A stretch of DNA of 64,000 bases. It comes from Candidatus Gastranaerophilales bacterium (lineage in GTDB: Bacteria; Cyanobacteriota; Vampirovibrionia; Gastranaerophilales; Gastranaerophilaceae). This document shows positions 30,721 to 38,742 of the stretch, one piece after another. The stretch lies in assembly GCA_944327225.1 (NCBI GenBank), contig CALVGZ010000002.1, forward strand, positions 20,579 through 84,578. Reading direction: 5' to 3'. The position numbers and the translations under genes were made by a program. Every line of letters starts with the position of its first letter. The stretch's first letter is position 1. The notes under the pieces are model-generated. The model was not told the origin of the DNA, searched no databases, and saw only the letters and a program-made list of their open reading frames with translations.

Positions 30721-30954
30721 TAAACTGGTCTCCTATTTTTATCTAAATAAATTATATTACAAAAAAATCAACTTACAATCTAAAAGCTTTTTAAATTTTA
30801 TATTATATAAAATTAAATATATTTATATATAAAAATAATCATTATAATAAAGACATAATATTTGTGTAAAAAGTATTAAAATATTTAATTTTATTGGATT
30901 ATAACTTGTGGAAAATTATATAAAACATTAAACAGTTTTTACACAACGTATTTT
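30721..30954. other. candidate chromosomal replication origin (oriC): AT-rich unwinding tract plus DnaA-box cluster upstream of dnaN
   Basis: 234-nt non-coding gap directly upstream of dnaN. One exact cyanobacterial-type DnaA box, TGTGGAAAA (= TTTTCCACA reversed), at 30907-30915. It is flanked by an inverted pair of one-mismatch boxes: TGTGTAAAA at 30863-30871 and TTTTACACA at 30937-30945. The block 30780-30860 is almost pure A/T. Confidence 0.4.
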
Positions 30955-31620
30955 TTAAGTTTTTGCAATTGTTAAACAAATAATTTCATTTATATTATAT
31001 TTTAATAAAAGATTAATAATTTCTTCTAAAGTTGCTCCAGAAGTGGTTATATCGTCTATTAATAGAATAGTTTTATTTTTTATATTTTTTATTTCTTTTT
31101 CGTTAATTTTAAAACTGTTTTTTATGTTTTTATGTCTGTTTTTAGCTTTATATTGAGGTTTTGTATATTTTATTTTTTTAATTAGTTTTTTATTTATTTC
31201 AAAATTTGTTAGTTTTGAAAACTCTTTTACTATTAGATACATGTGGTCATATCCCCTTTGAGCAGATTTTAAGAAATAACTCGAAGGGTATATTATAATA
31301 TAATCTTTTTCTTGTTTTATATTTTTAAAATATTTAAAAAGTATTTGTGCAAGTGGTATTGCGGCTTGTTTTCTGTGATTAAATTTTAATTTATGAATTA
31401 ATTTTTTAATGTTTCCTTCATATAAAGTTGCTGAATAAAAAGGAATATTATTAAAAATTTTATGTGCATAATTTGATAAATAATGAATATCTTTTGCACA
31501 GTTTTTACACAATAATTCATCTGTTTTTGCACAAGAACAAATTAAACATTTTTTGTTATATATTAAATCTAAAAATAAATTCAAAATATTTATAATTTTA
31601 TTTTTTATATTTAAAAACAT
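30955..31620 (-). CDS. comFC: ComF-family phosphoribosyltransferase-like competence protein (ComFC type)
   Basis: 221 aa. N-terminal double Cys pairs (CLICSC..CKNC) and C-terminal PRTase motif ILLIDDITTSGATL. Confidence 0.8.
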   Translation of the reverse strand: MFLNIKNKIINILNLFLDLIYNKKCLICSCAKTDELLCKNCAKDIHYLSNYAHKIFNNIPFYSATLYEGNIKKLIHKLKFNHRKQAAIPLAQILFKYFKNIKQEKDYIIIYPSSYFLKSAQRGYDHMYLIVKEFSKLTNFEINKKLIKKIKYTKPQYKAKNRHKNIKNSFKINEKEIKNIKNKTILLIDDITTSGATLEEIINLLLKYNINEIICLTIAKT

Positions 31621-31637
31621 TAAATTTTAATTCCTGA

Positions 31638-34523
31638 TTAAGCTAATGAAAATATTTCATATATTTCATCATCAGATAATTCCGTAATAGTTCTTTCACC
31701 TTCGAAAACAGCAGCATTTGCAAGATCTCTTTTGTCTTTTATAATTTTATCAATTTTTTCTTCAAAAGTTGAAAGTGTAATAAATCTGTGTATCATAACG
31801 TTTTTATCTTGACCTATACGATAGGTTCTATCCGTTGCTTGATCTTCAACAGCAGGATTCCACCAAAGGTCGTAATGGATAACATTTGATGCACTTGTAA
31901 GATTTAATCCCAGCCCGCCTGCTTTAAGTGATAAAATCATTATTTTGTGATTTAAATTTTCTTGGAAATTTTTAATTACTTCTTCTCTTTGTTTGACATT
32001 TAAACTTCCATGGAAAAATAATGGATCAAAAGAATATTCTTCTTTTATTATATTTTCTAAAATAGAACCCATTTCCTTATATTGTGTAAAAACAAGTACT
32101 TTTTCATTGTTATCTAAAATATTATTTAAAATATCAATTAGTTTTTGACTTTTACCTGATGCATTTGCACTCATATCTCCATATTTTAAATAATGGTAGG
32201 GGTGATTGCATACTTGTTTTAAATTTGTAATAAGTTTAAATATTGCACCGCGTCTACCCATTTTATTATCTGATTTTGCAATATTTTCCATTGATTCTTT
32301 TAAAATTCTTTCATATAGAGCTATTTGAGGTTTAGTTAAATAACAATAATCATCAAGGACAATTTTTTCAGGTAAATCCGAGATAATGGTTTTATCTGTT
32401 TTAAGTCTCCTTAACATAAAAGGACTAATTGCTTTTTTTAGTTTTTCGGCACGAGTTAATTCTTTAAATCTTTCAATTGGAATTGAGTAATTTTTTGAAA
32501 AATCATTAAGTGAACCCAGATATCCTTTATTTATAAAATCAAAAATAGACCAAAGTTCAGATAATCTGTTTTCGACGGGAGTACCTGTCATCGCAACTTT
32601 CATTTGAGCTTTTATAGCTTTAATTGCTTGAGTTTGACTTGTTGATGGGTTTTTAATATTTTGAGCTTCATCAATTACTAATAAATCCCAGTTTGTTTTT
32701 TGGAATTTTTCAAGGTCAATTCTTAATATTGCGTAGGTTGTTAAAATTATATCGCAATTTGTTGAAAATTCACGATTAAAACCATGATAAGTTAAAGTTT
32801 TTAGACTAGGTGCGAAATTACTTAATTCTCTTTTCCAGTTTCCCATCAACGTTGTAGGACATACAACAAGAGCGGGTTTTTTAAGTTTATTTTCTTCTTT
32901 TAATTTTAAAATTAAACTTATAACTTGAATTGTCTTACCAAGACCCATATCATCTGCTATACAACAGCCAAATCCTTTATTAATATTAGTGTATAACCAC
33001 TTAAAACCAATTTTTTGGTAAGCTCTTAATTCCCCGTTTAATTTTTTAGGAAGAGTAATTTCTTCGATTTTTGTAAAATCAGATATGACTCTTGCAAAAG
33101 CTTCATCATAATCAAAATCATAATCATTAATTTTACCTGATAGCGCACTGTGTAAAAGTTGCATTTTATTTACATTGAAATTCGGAGTTTTTTCTAATTT
33201 TTGTATTAATTTTTCTGTTTCTTCTTTATCAATTAGAATATAACGGTCTTTATATTTGATTAAACCTTGGGAATTTTTTGCAAGCTGCATAAATTCTTCA
33301 GCCGAAAGCTTTTCATTATCTCCCAGAGCGATTTCAATTTTAAAATTCATTATTTCATCAAGTGAAATTGTCGAACCTGTTGGATTTTCAAGCAAATCCT
33401 TGATATCTTGTAATCTTTTTTCTTTTATTTTAGCATTTATTGAAGCTCTCGGAATAATAACATTATTTAGTCCTTCAGGAAGATTAACTTCCATACCGGC
33501 TTGTGAAAGGTAATATGAAATTTGTGTAATTAATTTATATACACCTGTTAAATCAAGCTCCATTGTTACATCTTCAAGATCTTCAATGTATTTTGTTGCC
33601 CAATTTATTTGTTTTTCAATCAGGATTTTATTTTCATCAGATAAATTTTCTAATTCTATAATTTCATTTTTTGTTTTATCTTTTGCCAGAATTTTTAAAA
33701 GAAATTTTTCATCAGATAATTTTTCAATATTGAAAACAGGAATAATGTCATAGCTTCCGAGGCTCATTTCATCAAACCAAGTTTGAATATCGTTTGCTAA
33801 ATCATTTCCTTTAAAAATTCTTTTTTGAAGAGTGTTTTTAACCAAATAAGGAGCTGCTTTTAAGTCTTTAAAACGATAGTGTTTAACATTTAAAAAAGTA
33901 AAAATTAAATAATTTAAATATTTTTCAATTAGTTTTTTTGTTATTTCGGGATTTAGAAAATCGTTTTCAATAATTTCGGTATATGTTTTCAAAAAATCTT
34001 TATTTTGAAAATATGGTTCCCAAAAAACACTAAACGTATCCTTTTTAAAATTAACGGCAGGAATGAAGTGCATTTTTTCAACTGCTTTTTTTACAAATTG
34101 AAAAAGATGAAAATAAAATTTATAACTATCCAAACAATCTGATAAATCAAGATTTTCGTCAACTCCTGTAAAATATTCAAAAAACATATCAGGACTTATT
34201 TTATAACCGCAAATTGAACCTCTATATTCAGGGCGAAGTTTATATAAAGAGCCTTTTGATTTTAGATAATAATTAAAACTGTAAGGCGGGGTTATAAAAA
34301 CATTTGCCGAATTATTATTTAATTCAAAAATAATTTCTGTTTGTCTTAAAATCGGGTTTTTAGTGTCAAAAGTATCTGCAAATTCTTCTTCAATAAGTTC
34401 ATATATTAAAGAAAGAGTATATCTAAAATCCTTATTTTTTTGCGAATAAGGATTTTGATCTAAATTTAACAGTAATTTTTCAATATTGTTTTTCTTAAAA
34501 CTTAAGTTAAATTTTTTTTCCAT
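31638..34523 (-). CDS. SNF2-family DEAD/H helicase/translocase with large N-terminal SNF2-associated region
   Basis: 961 aa. Motif I ADDMGLGKT, II VIDEAQNIKN, III MTGTPVENRL, VI DQATDRTYRIGQ. Lies 17 nt upstream of comFC on the same strand. Confidence 0.9.
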   Translation of the reverse strand: MEKKFNLSFKKNNIEKLLLNLDQNPYSQKNKDFRYTLSLIYELIEEEFADTFDTKNPILRQTEIIFELNNNSANVFITPPYSFNYYLKSKGSLYKLRPEYRGSICGYKISPDMFFEYFTGVDENLDLSDCLDSYKFYFHLFQFVKKAVEKMHFIPAVNFKKDTFSVFWEPYFQNKDFLKTYTEIIENDFLNPEITKKLIEKYLNYLIFTFLNVKHYRFKDLKAAPYLVKNTLQKRIFKGNDLANDIQTWFDEMSLGSYDIIPVFNIEKLSDEKFLLKILAKDKTKNEIIELENLSDENKILIEKQINWATKYIEDLEDVTMELDLTGVYKLITQISYYLSQAGMEVNLPEGLNNVIIPRASINAKIKEKRLQDIKDLLENPTGSTISLDEIMNFKIEIALGDNEKLSAEEFMQLAKNSQGLIKYKDRYILIDKEETEKLIQKLEKTPNFNVNKMQLLHSALSGKINDYDFDYDEAFARVISDFTKIEEITLPKKLNGELRAYQKIGFKWLYTNINKGFGCCIADDMGLGKTIQVISLILKLKEENKLKKPALVVCPTTLMGNWKRELSNFAPSLKTLTYHGFNREFSTNCDIILTTYAILRIDLEKFQKTNWDLLVIDEAQNIKNPSTSQTQAIKAIKAQMKVAMTGTPVENRLSELWSIFDFINKGYLGSLNDFSKNYSIPIERFKELTRAEKLKKAISPFMLRRLKTDKTIISDLPEKIVLDDYCYLTKPQIALYERILKESMENIAKSDNKMGRRGAIFKLITNLKQVCNHPYHYLKYGDMSANASGKSQKLIDILNNILDNNEKVLVFTQYKEMGSILENIIKEEYSFDPLFFHGSLNVKQREEVIKNFQENLNHKIMILSLKAGGLGLNLTSASNVIHYDLWWNPAVEDQATDRTYRIGQDKNVMIHRFITLSTFEEKIDKIIKDKRDLANAAVFEGERTITELSDDEIYEIFSLA

Positions 34524-34630
34524 TTGACTATTTTAATATAAAGGTTAAGCTTTTTAAAGATATTTTTTATTGAAATAGTTTGAATATATTAATTTTGCTT
34601 AAATTGAAAATTTCAGTTATAATTAAAACC

Positions 34631-35545
34631 ATGAAATTTGCAATAAGAGTTATTAAAAATCAATTTCATCCCCTTAAGGTTGCCTCGAATGCTAATATAA
34701 AGCATGGGCAATATGTTCTTGTGAAAACTGATAAAGGTGAAGAGGTTTTTCGGGTTTTTCTTGTCAATTCATTAATACAAAAAATATGGGAAAAACACCA
34801 ACCTGAACCTCTTTCTGTCGTTAGAATTATGAATGATGAAGATTTGGAAACTTATAAAGAACAAAAAGAGCTTGAGGTTAAGGCTTTTTATAAATGCAGA
34901 GATTTAGCTCAAAAAAGAAATCTTGTTATGAAATTTACTCAAGCAAGATATACCTTTGACAGAAAAAAAATAACATTTTATTATACGGCTCCGGAGCGTG
35001 TTGATTTCAGAGAGCTTTTAAAAGATTTAACTCAAGAATTTAAAAGAGTTAGAATTGATTTAAGACATATTGGAGTCAGAGATGAAACTTCAATACTTCA
35101 AGGACAAGGAATTTGCGGTGAAGATTATTGTTGCTGCAGATTTTTAAAAAAATTTGAACAGGTTAATACAAAACTTGCTCGTGATCAAGGTATTCCCATT
35201 ACTCCCGGTAAAATAACGGGAGCTTGTGGCAGACTTTTGTGTTGTTTAAATTATGAATATAAAAATTATATTGATGCTGCTAAAACTTTACCGCCGGTTG
35301 GTTCAGGCGTCATGACGCCTGATGGAGTCGGAAAAGTATTTATGGTTAATTTTCTTAAAAAAACAGCCAATGTTAAATTAGAAGACGGTAAAATTAAAGA
35401 ATATCAAAAAAATGAAATTGAAATGATAGACGGTGAAGTTAATATTGATATTGATATAACTAATAATCTTGCATATCAGGAAGAAGAAATTGTTGATATA
35501 AAATCACTGGAAGATGATAAAAATTCTACAACAGGAAATATTTAA
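34631..35545 (+). CDS. PSP1-domain protein (RicT/YaaT family)
   Basis: Start trimmed to MKFAIRV... PSP1 C-terminal signature (TFYYTAPERVDFRELLKDL...RIDLRHIG.RDE) and Cys cluster CGRLLCCLNYE. Confidence 0.8.
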   Translation: MKFAIRVIKNQFHPLKVASNANIKHGQYVLVKTDKGEEVFRVFLVNSLIQKIWEKHQPEPLSVVRIMNDEDLETYKEQKELEVKAFYKCRDLAQKRNLVMKFTQARYTFDRKKITFYYTAPERVDFRELLKDLTQEFKRVRIDLRHIGVRDETSILQGQGICGEDYCCCRFLKKFEQVNTKLARDQGIPITPGKITGACGRLLCCLNYEYKNYIDAAKTLPPVGSGVMTPDGVGKVFMVNFLKKTANVKLEDGKIKEYQKNEIEMIDGEVNIDIDITNNLAYQEEEIVDIKSLEDDKNSTTGNI

Positions 35546-35554
35546 AGGTTGAAT

Positions 35555-35950
35555 ATGGAAAATTTTACAAGTGAAAAACTAGCTTCTGTTATGGCGAGAA
35601 TTTTAGATGATAATAAAGCAAAAGATATTGTTATTTTGAATGTTTCAAATGTTTGTTCTTTATCTGATTATTTTATTATTGCGACAGGAACATCAACTCC
35701 TCAAATTAGAGGTTTGACAGAGATTTTAAGGAAAAGAATTAAAGATATATTTAAAAGAATACCCTTAGGGGAAGAAACCGAACGTCAAAGTAAATGGAAT
35801 TTATTGGATTATGGTGAAGTTGTAGTCCATATAATGAGTGAAACCGAAAGAGAAACTTATAAAATTGAGAAATTTTGGTCACATGCTCTCATTTTAGAAA
35901 GAGAAATTTGGGAAGAAAATTCAAAAGAATATTCTTTATATAATAAATAA
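35555..35950 (+). CDS. rsfS: ribosomal silencing factor RsfS (iojap)
   Basis: 131 aa. ..KA.DIVILNVS..CSLSDYFIIATGTS..Q......I............E......W.LLDYGEVVVHIM pattern. Confidence 0.85.
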   Translation: MENFTSEKLASVMARILDDNKAKDIVILNVSNVCSLSDYFIIATGTSTPQIRGLTEILRKRIKDIFKRIPLGEETERQSKWNLLDYGEVVVHIMSETERETYKIEKFWSHALILEREIWEENSKEYSLYNK

Positions 35951-36089
35951 ATTATTAAATTATTTACCTTTTTAAGAAAATATAATACTATAGTTTTAGT
36001 CTGGATATTTAGTTAATTTGGTAACAAATAAAAATATTCAGATGTGTTAAATATATAGTTGTGTTGTTAGATATAAAAGGAATTTACTT

Positions 36090-38714
36090 ATGAAGATTTC
36101 TTCTGTTTTTACTGATAAATTTTATCAGCCTGGGGTTACTTTTGCTAAGAAAAAAAAGAATTATTTGAATGAAAACCAGAGTTTTTCAAAAAAAGCTCAA
36201 AAAAAAGGTAAAAAAAATAATTTTAAAAAAGTTTTACCATATTTGTTGATGACAACTGTCGCAGCAGGGGGTGTTGCAGCAGGTTATATTTTTGCGAATA
36301 AGAAAGCAAAAGCACAAGGTTTAGAAATTAAAGCTTTAAAAGATAAAACAGAAGGTATATTAAAAAATCTTCAAGAAAAAATAAAAAATCCTGAATCTAA
36401 GGCTTGGCTTGCTATATTAGCTTTAATGGGAATAAGTGGTTATGAAGCTGGAAAAATGACCGAAGAAGATAAAGAAATTATCATAGATAAAATTTCTCAT
36501 GGTCAAACTCCTTTACAAAGTGCTGCCTATGGAGCAAGTGAACAGGTTGGAAAAATTAATAATTTTCAAACAAATCCGACAAGTCAGAAATACGGAGCAG
36601 ATTTTTATGGATTATCTCTTTTGACTGAAAAGAATATTTTAAATAGAAATTTTCAAAAATATAATGATGCAATTAAATTTATTCAAGATATCGGTTTTGA
36701 AAAATTAACTTCTATAAAATCTTTGCCTTATTTTGAAAAAGATCCCGGTGATATTTCAATTTGGTCTGTTACGTCCGAATTTGCTCCTATAAAAGAAGGC
36801 GGTTTAGGTTCAGTTCCTGTTGAGGTAAGAAATAATATTGCAAAATTGGGAATTAATATACCGACATTTGTTCCTATGTATTTACATGAAGGAATTTCAA
36901 CATTCAGCAAAGAAGACGAGGAATTTATATATAACTATAAAGGTAAAAAATTCAATCTTGAAAAAGTTGTATCTTTCAAAATGGATGTTTTTAAAGACGG
37001 AAAACCAAAAACTGTGCCCGTTGAATTTTATTTGAATAGCGAACAAGCTTCAGAGGGTAAAAACAGACAACTTGTATTTATAAAATGTGATGAATATTTT
37101 GATGGAACAATTTATGAAACAAATTCAAAAACTGAAGAACAAGAAAAATTTGCAGTAATGTCAAAAGCGGTTTATGAATTTGCAAAATTAAAAATGGATG
37201 GAGCTCATGCCCTGAAAGATGTAGATATTAGTTCAAGTAGTGCGTTTAGAGCAATAAAAACACCCGATGTATTTATGTTAAACGATTGGCAAGCAAGTCC
37301 TCTTGCAGCGTTAGCAAGATACAAATCGGGTATGGAAAATGCTTATGGTAAGCTTTCAGATGATACCACAAAGGCTTTACAAAATATGAGAATCATTACA
37401 TTAGGACATAATGTCACATATCAAGGAAAAACCGAAGATAATAACGATGATTCTCAAAGAAAAGCCGTTACTTCAAGAATTTTAAATACTTTATTTGATA
37501 AATATACTTATGATATTGTATCAAACGCAAGGGTTGGAACAGGAAGAATTGATCCTTATGATAGTGGGCTACAAAAATTAGATAATGTTTTAGTAATGAA
37601 TTATATGGAACCATATTCTAATCATACAAATTTTCTAAATATGGGAATTATTTTAAGTGATTATTTCAATCCTGTTTCAAAAAATTATGTTCAAGAGCTT
37701 ATTTCCGATAATCATAGAGATTTATCACATTCACTTCAATGGGCTTTGGTTCAAAAAAATAAAGCCGGAAAATTAATTGGTGTTATAAATGGAAATGATT
37801 ATAATAATATTTCACTTCGTGCAAAAAAAGCACAAATTAAGGCACAAACCGGTGTAGATTTTGAAATTACTTCAAAATTAAGCCCCGATGAAGTTGTTTT
37901 TGAAAATAAAGAAAAAAACAAAAGAGAATTTTATAATAAATTTGTTTTACCTTTTTCAAAATCATCTGCAAGTTCAGCTGAAAATATTGAAACAGTTAAA
38001 GTTTTAACAGAAAAACTTGAATTTTGTGAAGGTGAAAAAGGAACGAATTTACCCATTTTATCTGATAGTGAGATAAAAGAGACACCATTTTTGATGTCAG
38101 GCGGAAGATTAGTTTCGCAAAAAGGTATCGGAATTCTTTGCGATGCTATCAAAATATTGTTTGATAATTGGGATAAAGATTTTCCAAATTGCCCAAAACC
38201 TGTATTCTTTATAGCAGGTTCAGACGGAGAGGGCGGTTCTCAAAGAAAAATGATAGAAGATTTAAAAAACAGTCGTTTATCTAAAGAAGATAATGATAGA
38301 ATCTTATTTGCCCATGGTTTTGCACCTATTTCAGGATTTATGGCTGCTTCTGACTTTTTCTTGATGCCCTCTTTATTTGAACCTTGCGGATTAACTCAAG
38401 GTGAATCTATGGCGGTTGCTACTCCTGTGGTTGCTTCTGCCGTTGGCGGTATAGTTGATACAGTAAATAGAAACGGTAAAGAAAACGGTGTTTTGACCAA
38501 TATAGACAAAAAACTTGATGCTAAGGAATTTTATGAAGCAATGAAAAAAGCACTTGAAATATATTTCTATGATAAACCAAGATATCAAAATATGGTTAAA
38601 GATTCTTTAGCTGAAAATTTTAGCTGGATTCAAAAAGACAAACAAGGTTCTATATTTGAGTATTTGGATATTATGGGAATAAAAACAAATTCTTTACCTG
38701 AAGTGGCTCAATAA
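36090..38714 (+). CDS. GT5 glycogen/starch-synthase-like glycosyltransferase with ~220-aa N-terminal extension containing a TM helix
   Basis: 874 aa. TM segment VLPYLLMTTVAAGGVAAGYIFA. K-x-GGL motif (APIKEGGLGSVPVEV) at the start of the GT domain. C-terminal PSLFEPCGLTQGESMAVATPVVASAVGGIVDTV. Confidence 0.7.
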   Translation: MKISSVFTDKFYQPGVTFAKKKKNYLNENQSFSKKAQKKGKKNNFKKVLPYLLMTTVAAGGVAAGYIFANKKAKAQGLEIKALKDKTEGILKNLQEKIKNPESKAWLAILALMGISGYEAGKMTEEDKEIIIDKISHGQTPLQSAAYGASEQVGKINNFQTNPTSQKYGADFYGLSLLTEKNILNRNFQKYNDAIKFIQDIGFEKLTSIKSLPYFEKDPGDISIWSVTSEFAPIKEGGLGSVPVEVRNNIAKLGINIPTFVPMYLHEGISTFSKEDEEFIYNYKGKKFNLEKVVSFKMDVFKDGKPKTVPVEFYLNSEQASEGKNRQLVFIKCDEYFDGTIYETNSKTEEQEKFAVMSKAVYEFAKLKMDGAHALKDVDISSSSAFRAIKTPDVFMLNDWQASPLAALARYKSGMENAYGKLSDDTTKALQNMRIITLGHNVTYQGKTEDNNDDSQRKAVTSRILNTLFDKYTYDIVSNARVGTGRIDPYDSGLQKLDNVLVMNYMEPYSNHTNFLNMGIILSDYFNPVSKNYVQELISDNHRDLSHSLQWALVQKNKAGKLIGVINGNDYNNISLRAKKAQIKAQTGVDFEITSKLSPDEVVFENKEKNKREFYNKFVLPFSKSSASSAENIETVKVLTEKLEFCEGEKGTNLPILSDSEIKETPFLMSGGRLVSQKGIGILCDAIKILFDNWDKDFPNCPKPVFFIAGSDGEGGSQRKMIEDLKNSRLSKEDNDRILFAHGFAPISGFMAASDFFLMPSLFEPCGLTQGESMAVATPVVASAVGGIVDTVNRNGKENGVLTNIDKKLDAKEFYEAMKKALEIYFYDKPRYQNMVKDSLAENFSWIQKDKQGSIFEYLDIMGIKTNSLPEVAQ

Positions 38715-38742
38715 AAAAGAGGGTCGTCTGACCCTCTTTTTT
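38715..38742. terminator. bidirectional rho-independent terminator
   Basis: aaaaagagggtc-gtct-gaccctcttttt between the convergent stops at 38714 (+) and 38741 (-). Confidence 0.85.

Noticed and set aside
31638-34523. SNF2 helicase as the core of an anti-phage defence island (DISARM/BREX/other)
   Set aside because: No adjacent methyltransferase, PLD/nuclease, DUF1998, PglZ or similar partner genes. The neighbours are comFC, dnaN and a PSP1-domain gene, all housekeeping, with no mobile-element hallmarks or compositional shift.
34524-34630. Alternative oriC at the SNF2/PSP1 divergent junction (a cleaner strand switch)
   Set aside because: I found no TTTTCCACA/TTATCCACA-like boxes in this 107-nt gap. 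Only the gene-orientation argument supports it.
36130-36225. Poly-A tracts (A8 runs) early in the GT5 gene, and A9/T9 runs at 41781-41790 and 43750-43775, as phase-variation switches
   Set aside because: Homopolymer A/T runs of this length are common throughout this AT-rich, Lys-rich genome. There is no evidence of a frameshifted variant in the window.
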